Counted from the whole stretch's first letter, positions 48,379 through 62,056 are shown. The stretch is DNA of 63,982 nucleotides, filler included, from Choristocarpus tenellus KU-1152 (GCA_964200185.2; 10 parts of 10 records of this genome joined end to end with filler, not necessarily neighbours in it); one strand, 5' to 3'. Numbers and translations: made by a program. The notes: generated by a model not told the origin, from the sequence alone.

Positions 48379-50650
48379 CGTGCAGGTGGGACACTGGACG
48401 GGAATCCTTTGCTTGTGGAGAAATTTTCCTGTGCGAATTGTAGTGTGTAGATGAATGGAATTCGGACACTATTGTTGAAGACCAATTAGTTGTGAGAGTG
48501 TTAGAATTGGGGGGGCTTGTGTGGTGTTGTAGTAAGATGTATTCATTTTCATTTCAAATTTGAAAAACACAGTTATGGAGGCGTGATTTAAGGGTAAGTG
48601 TTCTGTATTTTGAATTTTGAATTTGTACATGGTGTTCTGAATTTCCAACAATGGATAAAGGAGATATATGCCTTCTAGAAATACCGAGGTGAGTAGTGAG
48701 ATGGTCTGTGCGACTGGTGGACAACATTGAGTCCTCAGACACAAAAGGACAAAGTTGAGCACTTCGTGGAAAGGAATCTTCACCTCTAACTTTAGGGAAT
48801 GAAACTTTGAGTAGTATTAATTAATTGCTGTTGCTCTAGTACCTTCTCTGTCAAGTGTGAAGGGTGAGAATCAACAACCACCTGATCCTCGTCTCCTTCA
48901 AAGATCAAGGAGCAAGTGACTAGATGCCAGACGGCGGTGCGTCGAGTAGATATCTGAGCAGTCAACCATAATACATCTGAGGTAGATGCCACAGTGCATG
49001 ACGAGACCAACCTAAAGATCACGATCAATGAATGGACTGCCCAACACACCCACCAAGGACACAACAAAACCGTTCGAAGGGAGAGCTCGCAAGTAGATGG
49101 CCAGGGAACGGACCGTGGCATAGCCTGCTACCGACTGAGCAGCAAACCAGGACAGCCATCCTACCTGGTACTGAATTACCAGGCACTGGAATGAGAATTT
49201 ACCAGCACCCTGTACGTTGACGTGGGTCCTCATTCAAGGGTGATCCGTGGGAGTGAAACAGACCAGCTCTATGTTGCTCATTCCAGCAACAAGTTGGAGA
49301 ACGAGAAAATGCGACGAGTTTTGCGTACTCCTTCCCAGCACGCCCGATACAGTAATCAACTCATCTTTGTTGTTATTGTTGGAAATGAAAAGGTCGGCGA
49401 TTAAGATCCAGGAACAGTCTGGACTCTAAGGGATCGTCTCCTACTTCAAAGTAAATGTGATAAATCACAGTCTCAGCACGCCATATTTCTTCAAACTACA
49501 ACCATTCCATTGTCGACAGTTGAGAAGAGAAAGGTGAGGAGTTGGTATCACTCTTGTCGTAAACTGGATATGACGGAATGATCAATCTATATGATTTGAA
49601 TGCCAACCCCATACCATACCACCCCAGTGTAAGTGCCCGTCCGTCTGGGCGAATTAGGAACTATTTCGAAGTATTTTGATGTTGTTTGTCGGGTGGATAG
49701 CTAGGATTTCTCCTTTAACTGTTGTGCATGAAGCTTCAGGCATTGCCTCATATTCTTGAGCTTGAGGGCATGCCAAAGTCTTCGGTGATGGTGCCCTTTG
49801 CTGTTGGGAATATTGCGGGCACTGCCAGTGATGTGCCAATTTCGACCATGAGGTGAGGAAGCAGAGATAGAGGAAGCCCACCAGTTGCTGCCACAAGTAC
49901 TAGACAAGAGGGGATGCAATGATATACCTTCACTCTGCACATCTCAAAATTGAAGATGGTTGATGCCAATAATGATTCGCACACAACCTCCACTGTTTTA
50001 TTTTGTGCAAATTCTGTACAAGCACTATCACACATTCTTGTGGACTTAACGTTACACATGCAAGAAATAATAGTGGCACTATAAACAGGCAGTAAATCCC
50101 ATACCAATGTTAGGAGGCATGATGGACTTTAAAGAGTGAGCTGTGCTTGATGTGACTACCATTATCATTATTTCGATACAAGTGCCTCTCCATGTGGAGA
50201 GTGTGGGCCTTGGTGCAACCCTCTTGTTCATTTTCCATCATTCAGAGCTAAGCATAATGCTTAGGGGAATAGGTGCTTTCTTGCAGAGAGAGAAAATGAA
50301 GGAAGGACTTGATTGAGATACAAAGAGTTACAACAATGACTGTCAGTAGAAAGTAGAAGAGATTTGCCTGTGGAAGAAGTGATAGTGTTTTTTTTCGTTC
50401 TCCTCAATGTAGAACATAATTTACCAACTACTATTGATAAGACTACTACAAACTCTACGTCCACTCTAAGATGTTAGATGCACATCGAAGCACATAAAAA
50501 GAAAGTTGCTGTAGGGTATCCATACTCTATGGTGATGGTTCCCTACTAGTTTACAAAGAGCGATGGGCGTGGAGAGGGTCTAACTTCCTCCCTCTGCCTC
50601 ATTTGTACCTTTTTTTGTCCTTCTCCTCCACTAGTGTTGGCCTCTCTCAC

Positions 50651-50938
50651 GACCCAAAGTATTTGGGGGGGGGAGGGGGTCTGCACCAGGGTGTCCATTT
50701 GGGTCATAACTAGGAAAGNNNNNNNNNNNNNNNNNNNNNNNNNNNNNNNNNNNNNNNNNNNNTTAATTAATTAANNNNNNNNNNNNNNNNNNNNNNNNNN
50801 NNNNNNNNNNNNNNNNNNTTTTTTTTTGTTTCGCCCCCCGCCCCCCACACCCACCCCCCCCCCCCCCCCCCCCCCCCCTCTGTCTGGTGGAAAGAGCCCC
50901 CCCCCCCCCCCCCCCCCCCCCCCCAGATACATTGAACC
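50651..50938. mobile_element. MITE family B ends on either side of a linker
   Basis: Left end GACCCAAAGTATTTGGGGG..GGTCTGCACCAGGGTGTCCATTTG before the gap; right-end-like CCCCAGATACATTGAACC after it. Confidence 0.65.
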
Positions 50939-51680
50939 TCTGTGTAGAAGGAGTTGGCTGTGCTAGGGGGATGTTTTTACAGGTGAATAGTGCAAGTATT
51001 TTTTCATGTGCTCTAGTACGCACGAGCAGTATATACGCGTAGGGAACCCCTTAAGGAGGAACTCCGATTTGCTAAAAGTTGCAGAGTAAGATTTGTAACT
51101 AGGGAATGCATGCAACGGTTTGCAGATGTATTTTAACGTCTGTAAATAAAATAAACGGTGAATGATGTTAACATAAACAATGTCCCCATAGCCACGTGGC
51201 TCACTTTTTGATGTCGACTGACTCTATGTTCTCTATATAGTGGCTACTGATTCAGGAAGCATACTTTATCTGCTGACCTGACGTTCATTTGACCTTTTGA
51301 CTGTTGGAGTATCCTGGGAGTCCAGTGAGATCATTAGCGTCATTTGTAGGACTGTGAATTGGAGCTATACATTCCGTGGAGGTAAGCCTTTGAAGTGTGT
51401 TGTAACATTCTGTGCCTGCCTGAGCAGAATTTGATGATCGAGCTAAACATCCACTGCTTAGTGCAGTGATTTGGGTCCTTGTATAGCTTTGACCCTGAAA
51501 ATGGCCAGCGGAGAATTCTGGATTGATAACGAAGGTATCACAGGCCAAGGCCCTGCCAGACAGCATGAAAACAAATCAACTTCTGGTTCTTGCTAGAACT
51601 TTAGTAAACTCCTAGATGCTGAGCAGGCAGTAAGTTGAGGGGAATCATTTGAGGCTCATAACCTGCTGAAGCCATTAATT

Positions 51681-51948
51681 GAGTTAAAGTATCTTAGAGG
51701 GCACGAGTTTTCCCCTGTTTGTCCGTTTGGGGCTTGACTTCCCACGTTTTTTTTTATGGCATTTTCCTACTCCAAAATGTTTCGGAGAATTCAAATGTAT
51801 ACGTTTTGGAGTAGGTATCATGTATATGTCCGGAAAAAGTATATTGACACTTCCTAACAAACACGATAGACAAAATTACATCAAAATCGTAACTTTAGAT
51901 TATGACCCCCAAGCGGACGCGGCTCTACCTTCTAAAATACTTTGACTC
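51681..51948 (+). mobile_element. MITE family A, full-length copy
   Basis: GAGTTAAAGTATCTTAGAGGG...CTTCTAAAATACTTTGACTC; ATT on both flanks. Confidence 0.9.
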
Positions 51949-52589
51949 ATTGCATGAATCGTGACTGAATATTGAGATATGGTGCACTGTTCAGTGTTGT
52001 GGTTCAGGACAGTGATGCATGCTCCGAGTAGAGACTTATTGCCTGTGAAAGAAGGTTGTGGATGTATTAACTCTGAATATATTTCATCCAGTTGTGTATC
52101 AAGGTACACCTTTAGCAGAGTGAATTGTAAACCTGAAAAGGCGGCGACACCTTGCGAGCAAAACTATTCAACGAGATACCAGTGTAGTTTCTTCTGCGAT
52201 GAAAAATAAAATAAAAACATGTGTCAAATTAGTCAACTCATGTGCGTGTGTGTCACGTACTAGATTTTATGTTGAAGGATATCTACCGATTCCAGGGATT
52301 AAGAATAGCATAGCTGTACATAGTGTAATGGGAAGTTGTTACGACGTACCGTGTGGAGCGGTACATGTACGACCCGGGTCTTTACGAACCAATAGACCAT
52401 TATTAGTGACGCGTCAACAGCCAACACTACTTGATAGTACTGGACTGTGCCTACGGACTATGGAAAAAGTAGCCTGTGTTTAAACAGTTCAACCATCCCC
52501 TCCATGTCATCAAACAGAAAAAAAAAAGATGGGGAGACTGGACAATAGACACCATTTTTTTTTTTCGCTTTGGGTCTAGCAATTAGGAT

Positions 52590-52930
52590 TCTCCTGACCT
52601 GCAAAATGTCAGAGGGCATAATAAAAAATACAAATAAGCCAAACGAATTGAAAGGTAGGAAGGGTCGCATTTGAAGGATCCCCAGAAAGGGCAAAAATAC
52701 GTAATTTTGTACAATTCCGGAAAGAGTCTTTTCTTAATCGTGGTGTCATTTTGTGTATGGAAAGGGGGATACCAATTCTGTGTATTCTATTATATTATTA
52801 TACCCTCTGACATTTTGCAGATGTGTCAAGGGAAAAATCAACAAAAACTATTCACATTTCAGAATAAACTCTAAAAAAGTAACAGTTGTCATAAATGTGA
52901 AAAACATTAATATGTTCGCTATTTTACCAC
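52590..52930. repeat. Hairpin repeat next to the 3' end of CRE-like copy 2, with the core unit in inverted orientation
   Basis: CTGCAAAATGTCAGAGGGCATAATA (52600-52624) is inverted relative to TATTATTATACCCTCTGACATTTTGCAGATGTGTC (~52793-52827). Homologous to 990-1290. Confidence 0.65.
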
Positions 52931-54090
52931 CAGTTACGCTACACCGTTCCCTTCTTGTGCCTCTAACCTAGCTTAGTCCTGTACTCCAGGGTGAGGGGCT
53001 TGGGAGGCATCCCACGAATCTAACAAGCCCCTCCTTGCCCATCTCCCTGGTGTCTCCAGATTAAAGCGCATGACCCATCTGGATAGGGCTACCTGTGTCG
53101 TGACAGAAACTATCTGTCGTAAACCTGATTTGACAGTCCCCTTCCTGCTATAACTTCCTGTCCCTCTCCCCCTTATCACTTGCGTAGCTAGCTCATGTAG
53201 AAAACTCTCCACTACGAAGGTGTTGAGGGTATAACTACGAGGGTCAAAAGAGCCCTTGTGGTGGGTGCGCTTTCGCGCCTCAGCTGCAACAGCAGATACA
53301 CCACACTGCTGGTGGGTGATTGGGGAAGGTGGGAGATTGCCTGTACTTCTGCAAACGCAACATCTAGCAGGAGGCCTTTGTCCTGGTAGGGGGCTGATCC
53401 ATCGTCCACAAGTGCCCCTGCATGGAAGACCAAATCCATGCGGAGATTCCTGTGTACAGTGAATGGGCTATCGTCCTCCATAGTGCAAGTGATGCCCATT
53501 CCCTTGCATAGTTGACTGAGACGTTTCACCATCAGTGTGTGTTGTTGAACCTGGCCTCCTGCCCTGCGGCAGATATGGGCGTGTCTGGTGTCAACATTTT
53601 GCCTCCTGCACCCAGTCACTGGGCACCTGTTTGGCAGGGTTTCCTCCCTCCCAAGCGATCTTCTGGCGGTGAGTTTAAACCCTGTGGGGGGGGTCTGGCA
53701 TGCCAGCTCCAGGGGTTGTGTCGAAGTCCATGCACTTGCCCCTTGGCCACACTGGCTTCGGTGGCGTGCTAGGGGGCTAGTGAGGAGCTTTCCTTCCCCT
53801 ATTCCACTTCATTTGGTAAGCTGGCCAATTGCGTCCAGAAGGAGTCAAAACGGATCCTGTTCAGGAGGTGAGTGATCTCATTTTGAGTCCTCCTTATGAT
53901 CCTGGCGTCATGGGCTGCCAGGATGTGGACCTCCAGGGCAGGTGTGGGAGATGTTGTTCCTCCCTTGGTTACCCAGTCTTGGCCAATGATTTTCGCTGGG
54001 TCTTCTGAGGAGACACCTGTAGAGAGGAGGGTGTGGAATGACGATCCCAGGGCCCGTACTGTGGAGCTCGCACACAAACAGCTTGTGAGA
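52930..54090 (-). mobile_element. 5'-truncated, degenerate RLE-type (CRE-like) non-LTR retrotransposon, copy 2
   Basis: Frameshifted ORFs contain ARHRSQCGQGASAW, a CCHC knuckle (C..QNVDTRHAHIC.....QQH), LRMDLV, LLDVAFAE, AAAEARKRTH, NTFVVES and LRQIVSVTTQ, the RLE C-terminus of CRE-type elements. The upstream end abuts a family B MITE. Confidence 0.8.
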
Positions 54091-54348
54091 GACCCAAAGT
54101 ATCTGGGGGGGGGAGGGGGTCTGCACCAGGGTGTCCATTTGNNNNNNNNNNNNNNNNNNNNNNNNNNNNNNNNNNNNNNNNNNNNTTAATTAATTAANNN
54201 NNNNNNNNNNNNNNNNNNNNNNNNNNNNNNNNNNNNNNNNNTTCTGCGGAGGAATAATGTAAGTGGCCTTTTCCTTGTTTTCCCCCCAAAAAAACACCTG
54301 GTGTAGCCCCCCCCCCCCCCCCCCCCCCCTTCCCAGACACTTTGGTTC
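54091..54348. mobile_element. MITE family B ends on either side of a linker
   Basis: GACCCAAAGTATCTGGGGG.. at 54091; CCCAGACACTTTGGTTC ending at ~54348. Confidence 0.65.
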
Positions 54349-54635
54349 AAAGTTTACCACGAAGTGACACACCTCTTAAAAATGAACACATCCAAAATTT
54401 TGCATGATTGTATGGTATGTCCATCATAGGTACACGAGACCGCGATCATTCCCGCGCACCTGGAAAAGGGAACACGCACAAATTTAAAAAATTACACCAA
54501 TTTTCCAATTTGCAGGTCCTTGTTTTGTTTCGCTCCTCTGATGATCCCGTTTCTGCCCAAACTCACAACCCAAATCTCTAGGGGCCTGCTTCCTCGATAG
54601 ACCTTTGCTGTGACCTTGCTTGTAAGGAGGAAACC

Positions 54636-57600
54636 ATGTCGGATGGAGGGTTCAACTGTGGAGTAGACCATTCCAGACCTCCGGGCAACCTTGCTCGCGT
54701 CGTGACCAACATCAACAACCATCTGCGTGAGCACCAGTCACGGTCAGAGGAGGAGTGCCGTGCGGTTATGGGCGGGGTGAAAGAAGAGCTTAAGGGTTTG
54801 ATAGAAGAACACCTCAGGCCAGATGCTGATCCGGAAAGAGTGTCAGAAATTTGTCTCTTCCTCGTCATGTTTGTGGGGTAAGGTTTTGCCCAACACCGCC
54901 ATGACATTGCCGATTTCTAGTCGTCTTAAGGGTAGACTGAGGTGATTTGGCTCGTGTTTTGGCATCCACTCATATGAATTTGCCTCCAGCCCCATAGTTG
55001 TCTACCGTTAATCCAACCGCACATTCCCCTCTGTTGCTATGCACACCTTGTATAGCACAAGGTGATCGATGAGACCACGAAAAATGTGCTTGGTCGACTC
55101 TGCGAAAAGCTAGATCATCGCTCTGCAGTAAGGTTAGGAAGTCATACATATGAAATGTAAATGCACACACACACACACACACACACGCACGCACACATGT
55201 GTGTGTAACATCAAGGGCACTTTTCTTCTCGCTGATGACCTTCTCTCGACATACTGCCCCTTAGAATCAGGGAAATGGATCAAGTGAAACTCCTCAACCT
55301 AATCAGGACCATCGTCCCCCATCGTCCCCCTACCATTCCCCTGGTTTCAACTCCAGCCAAGAGTTCTTGGAGTGCGAATTTGCATCTTTGGTCTTCGAGG
55401 ATGGCGATTCCCTTGCCGCGTCCCTCCCAGTTTTCAAGCTATGTGCCCTCCTTCCTCTTCCCAGATTCGCCCATCTACAATCACAGCTAGTGGATCATCT
55501 CACACTCTTGGCCGCACATTGGCTCCCGCGGTACATTTCGGCTGCGATCAGATTCTTGGAGGAAACTGTGGACCTGTTGACGGTGGGTAGCAGAGGGGTG
55601 GTGACTGGGAGGGCACGAAATAGTGTGTATGTTGTGTTTGGAAGTGGTTCAGCTGTCCCTTCACATAGTACTAACAGGTTCGTATGGCGAGGGAGGAGGA
55701 AGATCCTCTTGTGGAGAATGCATCAAACGATAGATCAGTTGCTTACCCTGTGTGAGATATACTGATGTATTCTAGTAAGATCTTTTCCTTTGGTTATGTC
55801 AAGATTCCGTCTTCTCTTATGGGGTGGCCTTGAAAGAACCATGCAACTGTGTAACAACCCCTGATTGTTGCCTGCTTCATACTTACTCAATTTCCCTGTT
55901 TTCATGCTTCCTTACCTCTCACTGCACATACCACTTCTGCGCACACCTATAATACCACAAGTGCACTCCCTCTGTTTGCGACTCATTCACTGCCTTGCAT
56001 TGATCAATGGCCATATCTCCTCACTACTGTATCCACTTTCCAGCGATGCAGCTGAACACATGATTAGGTTGTGGTATTTTGGCAACTTAGTGCTGATGCT
56101 GTAGTGTAGCACATTACTGGTGCTATTCCTGTACAAGCTTGAAGTCTAGTCGATTTGCCAACTCTTATTCCTGCTTCTTGACTGCCATGTAATTTATTGC
56201 CCGATCCTTCCTGTTCTGGCATACCACTCACAATACTTTCTTAGGATCTACAGATGTTATGGCTGGCTGCAAAAGAGAGAGGTACCGATGCTGTATTCAC
56301 TACGGGGTGAGCGGCTCCCCCTTCCGCCCTCTCCCCAATAACCTGGGTAAATGTGTGTTTTATCCTCAAACAGTGGTGGAATTCCAGCGGAATCCAGTCC
56401 TTGTCCATCCTTGTGTAAAGGGGTGCTAACTAGGTTACATTTGCCCTCGAATGTTTTTCAAATTTACCCAATCTACTCAGAACCCATATGTTTTTCCTGT
56501 GGTAACAGAGCAAGCATTACCCAGCACCATCACTGACTATTGTCTGTCCATGACCGTCCTGTCAGTGGCACAATAGTGATATATCAATATGTTGACACTG
56601 TCGCCACCATTCCAAACCCCTAACCACCGACATTGGGTGATGGCTTGTATCCTAGGACGTGGGTGATGGCCTATTGTGGCCTTGCAAAGGAGCTGGAGGA
56701 AGATCCGCTGAAGTTACCCTTCCTCTCTACCCAACATCTCTCCCTTGGTCGAGTGAGTGAGCAAAGCTGATAGAACACATCACTTGAAGGCGTGATTTGA
56801 AACTTTGATTGGATTGAAGACAGTACACTACTACCTTAAGTGCTGCTCACCCTCCATCTTGTGCTGTAGTTTAAAAAATCTACAGTTCTATTGCTGCAAG
56901 TGTCATTGCTCAAGTGTTACCTTTGCTGGTCGAATAGGGAATGTGAAATATTTCTGATGTCGGTCTTGCAAGATTCTAATCAGTTGGAAAGTCGGTGTGG
57001 ACAAAGTTGGTGTCAAGTGCTTACCTTCCCATATGTGTTGCATTTCAGAACAGATACCTTCGTTGAGACTATCATAGATAATGGTGCTATAACCTGTAGC
57101 GATGTGACCCCTTCCACTTTCCCCTGCAGGCTGGTGCCACATCCATCTCTGCCAGAGTGGCTGCTGCCATACCATCCGTAAGTAAATCAAACTGAGCATC
57201 AAATGTTTGTTGAAGTGCAGGGTGCTCAAGGAATTGGGTGGGGAAATGAGGGAGGGAGGTGAGGGTGGGGATGGGGGGATAATGGATCTTAATCAAGATG
57301 GACCAACTGTGCTGTGACTCTTGGTGGCATGGATTTGCTCAAACTAGAGTATCCATGATTCTGAGTCCAATGTGTGCCACCCACATGGGATGATGTTTTA
57401 AGGATATTTTGCATTTCATACCCTGCTAACAGTTACACGATGCCATGCTTTCACTCTGCAGGTGTCATGTGGCACACTTGTGTATACGCGACTGTGGAAC
57501 CTCCTATGCAAGCAATTAGGGGGTGACTTGTGTCCTGATGAAGGGACAGTGCATAAGGTGAATGAAGCCTTGGAGAGGAAAGAGCCCCCAACAATGTGCT

Positions 57601-60600
57601 TGTGCTCCACTGTATGGTCAGGTTTGATACTTCTTAGGAGGTGGAATGTGTCTAACAATGAGTCTGTTTCACTCCAAATGCAAAGTATGAACTGCAGTTG
57701 GTATTCACAAAACGCACTATCACTTGCATTTGATCAAATCAATAGATATCACAATATACCAGTAACTTTCTCCCCTCATTGCCTGCCTTTGCCTCGCCTG
57801 CCTTCACTACAATAATCTTTTGCCAGGCCTCCTTGGAAGCGGCGTTGGTACTGCTTGAGAATGATGAACCCCCGGACGGCATAACGCAACGTTTTGCGCT
57901 CTTGTGCCTTGGAATGGCTAGCCAGGCACTGCTGGGGACACAGCTGGATCAAAGAGGAAGAAATGGTGGAGACCAAAACAGATTAAAAGGGAAATCATCA
58001 CACCTCCAGCACCTTACCACTATTCAGGTGGTAATTCAATGGATGGAAGGGTAATAGAACAATTTAGGTATAAGTGTCTCACCCCCTTAATCTCATCCCG
58101 AAACTTTGCCTCAATACATGTACGCCTTATTGGCCCCTAGTCACCACCCCCCTATATGACCATCCACCTGGAGCTTATATATACTTAAGAACAGTGCTCT
58201 CACCCATCTCCCACTTTCTCATTCCAACCCCTTCCCCCCCCCCCCCCCCCCCCCCCCACTTCCCGCCCGTCCCGCCCCGCCGCGCCGCGCCNNNNNNNNN
58301 NATTCCAACCCCTTCCCCCCCACCCCCTCCCCCACAAGGAACTGCTTTCCCGTTGCATCGACCGACTCTTCTCATGTCCTGGTCAAGGCTTATCTACTCG
58401 TCCAGACCTCATGGCTTCCCTTTTTACAGCTCTCTCTTCTCATGATGTTGTTGCTCACTGGTGGTCCACCTGTGGTGTGCAACGCCTTCGATGGTGTATA
58501 GAGCTGCAACAGGGGCAGGGGCAGGTCCCGGGCCCAGGTGCTAGGACTGGGAGGCAAACGACAACGGTTTCCCCATCAGTAGAAAGTCGGAGAGGGCATG
58601 CGGAGGTTGCCCTGGCGAGGTCAATGGTTGGAGCATATGCCTCTGCTGTCGAGGGGTGTTCAGTGTGGTCTTTGGCAGGAGTGTCAGCATCTGTGACTAG
58701 TTGTGAGGGTGGGGAAGGCAACAGTAGGAGGTTGTACACAGAACAAGCTTGGGGGGAGATGGGGGAGGTCATGGGGGAGGGTGAGGATGGGAGGACACCA
58801 TCGCTGCAGTGCGACAAGATGTTTGTACCACTTGGACTTGCAGAAGTTGTGTCTGCGCTTGCCCCTGTGGCTTGTGTGCAGCCAGAGCTTGTTCGATGCT
58901 TGCGTGCATTGTTAGGGCGGTTCCCGTATGTTCCGTGGAGTGTCCTGTGGGAAGGGGAGATGGGCATCAGGGGGCCAGGGCTGGGGTTGGAATTGGAGTT
59001 GGGGCCGAGTCTTGAGCCCAAACAGGAAGGAGATGGAGAGATGTCCATGTGCCTGCAGGGTAGGAATTGTAGTACAGACAAGGGTACAGGGAAGGGTGCG
59101 GTTGGGGTTGCTGGCAGTGGTGAACCTATGGCACCACCGCCTCTTCAGGACTCAGGGAAGAGGCGGAAGCTAAGCTTTGATGTCAATGGTAAAGATACTG
59201 GAGGGGGTGAGGGTGTTGAGAGAGATGAGGGATGCCTATCTCAGGGGATGAAGGAGGATGCAGATATTGTAATGGGGGGCAGGGACAGGTCAGGCAGGGG
59301 GAGTGTTGCCCCTCTGGTAGGGGCAGTGTCACTGATAAAAAAACTGGAGCACCAGTCAGGATGCTTGGGAGAGTCTGCAGTTTGCCAAGCTATTGATGTG
59401 TTGCTGCTGGGTGTGAGAGATGCTGGAATTTTCTTTGCAGATCTGGAGGGAAAGGCGACAAAAACAGGGGTGAGCACACTCAGGGATGGCAAGGGTTTTG
59501 AGAAGATGAGGTGGGATACAGTTCTTCTCCAATCTGCCTGGATCACATGCTCCTTGCGGGTGTTAGCACCGTTCTTTGACTGGTCAAATTCTCGACATTT
59601 AAGGCCTGCTTCAGGGGCTCTTTCTGGGACTGTTGAAGAGGAAAAGAGGCTGATGGGGCATAGGAAGGATACCAGGCATGTAGGGGGCGTTCGGCTTGAG
59701 GGTGTGACTGCCATTGAGGGAGGTGAGGAGAACGGAGAGGGTCAGGAAGAGGGGAAGGAAGGAGAAGGGGGAAATCTTCCTGAGGTGATGAGGTACCTGT
59801 ATGACGCCTTTGAAGCAGCTGTTCATTTCACTTGTAGAAACAGGATGACAACAAAAGACACAGGGAACAGCGGATGCAGTAACAGCCCCCCCCCTGACTC
59901 ACCTCCGCTTCTGTGGCGTTTACTTGTGAGTTGTGCTGGCTCTCTTCCCTTCAGAGAGGTTGAATGTGGTATAGAGAGTCAAGCTGGGTCCACAAGGAGC
60001 AGACTATTTGCTGCTATCCGACTTTTGGCTTCTACATCACTCAGTATTGTCCTGGAACCAGGCTCAGCGATCTTGGCAGGAACGCTTGAGGCTGACTCAT
60101 CTGTTATTTCCCCTAGTATGGGTGTATGTAATGATCTAAATGATTTAGGTGTAGACAAGTGCTGTGGAATATGGGCTGGGGCAGTGGGGTCACCTCCTAA
60201 TGCTATAGAGGAATTGGACTCCAGGGTTGAGGTTGCATGGGATCCTGCTCTTTCAGCCTTTCAGGCAAGGAGAATGAGTGGCTTCATTACAGGATCACTC
60301 GCTTCAGCCATGCCCTTCTCTGCTGGTTCTACCTTTGGAATGCTCAATGCAAAGCCAGAAAGGGACGTTGAAGCTGTTGCATTTCCCATGCTCTGCTTCC
60401 TCCTCATGGGGTCTGTGGAATTGATGGTGACAAAGCACTGGCAAAAGGGTATACATGGGCAAGGTGAGGATTTGGCACCTCATGGCCCTGCACAAAGAGT
60501 TTTCAAGACTGGCATACAAGAGCAAGAGAGGCTAGTGGGTGCCTCTTCTGTTTCAGATATGTTTTTAAAAGGTCTCAAACACAGTAATGGCATTGTACGT

Positions 60601-60692
60601 CGATGTGCAATTGCTGCTTTACCACTCCTTCTGCTGGCTGGGGGGGGGGGGAATAGAGTAGATGTGACGCAAGGCCGAGACAATGGGGGGGG
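54636..60692 (+). CDS. Large multi-exon alpha-helical (HEAT/ARM-like) protein, 3' partial; possibly the N-terminus of the PIKK kinase ATR
   Basis: ATG at 54636; exons ~54636-54839, 55062-55127, 55265-55583, several small exons at 55960-58028, then a >2.2-kb open frame 58411-60692 ending in a HEAT-like VRRCAIAALPLLL. The ATR resemblance is from memory only. Confidence 0.6.
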
Positions 60693-62056
60693 NNNNNNNN
60701 NNNNNNNNNNNNNNNNNNNNNNNNNNNNNNNNNNNNTTAATTAATTAANNNNNNNNNNNNNNNNNNNNNNNNNNNNNNNNNNNNNNNNNNNNGGGGGCAG
60801 GGATCATTGCAGTGTGTGAGAGAATATATTTATCTGAGAATGTTTTTTTCTGGAGAATTTTCCAAGATGTGTTCAAACTGACTTTCGCATCAAATTGTGC
60901 TTAGGATTTGAAGACTTGAGTATACTCAAGACCAGTTTGAATCCTTAGATTAAGGCTACGAAGTGATCAAAAAATATATAATCAAAATCATCTCTGACAT
61001 CGAAACAGCCTTTATGTTAAGTACTCCAATATTCAAAAAATGGATCTCTAAGTTGAACTGCCTCATAAATGTTTGTCTCAGATTATTGCCTTGATGATTG
61101 GTATAATCTCAATATCAGGAGAACTTTACATTTGTTTAATGACTTCAATATTTTCCTATAATACTGTATTGAATGTTATAACGAACCAAGGTTGCAACAG
61201 AGGACAGTCGCATGCTCCATGTGTCCCCTCATGTGCTGCAATTATTAAAAGGGGGAGAGAAAACCAGTAGGTGATACAGACCTTCTATTTAATATCTAAA
61301 TTCTAATATTTATCCAGCTTACAGAAAGTTCTTGAATTTTCGCACATTTTCAAAAGCCCCAAAAATTGACTATACATAATGTATGCGCTTTACCTCATTT
61401 CTCGTACATACCACATCATCCTCTTTGACTACGTGCAATATCCATGTATGTATACAAGGTTCATGACCATATACTACAGGATGGGACTTCATACGAGGAA
61501 GTTGGAAGGGATCACAGACACAGGAAGGTGTTACAATCCACCGTGGGCTGGGAGAGTAGATATATTTCCCACAGAAAACATAATTTCCACTCTTGTGATA
61601 CTAATTGGTGTCACCATAAAGCCACAAATATTTTCTTCAAAGTGTGGCATATATTTGAGTTATACCATCTAAGAGAGGGCGGTGTTGTTGGGATTCGAGG
61701 TCTCTGAGAAAATCCTTGTGGTGCATGTGACTTGAGCGCTGCAAGGGGTGCAATAGTCACAGAATGTGTTCGCATCTATTTTTTTCTTTTGAAAAAGACA
61801 ACACAATCCTTGAGGGGAGTAACTGCAAATCAGAAAAGGGCGTGGGGTATGTTGTACAAGGCTCAAAAATGCATTGCAAGCCAGGAGGATTACTATCCGA
61901 GAATATTCACAGTTCTTGAAGTAGTAACACAAATACACCAGGCAACCAACTACCAATGCTCACAGTTTGCTTCATCTCTCTCTTGGGAACTTGAGTCATC
62001 GGGGTAGGTGTCAGGGGGGAATACGTTAGGCTATTGATGATAGATCACAGCGTCAC

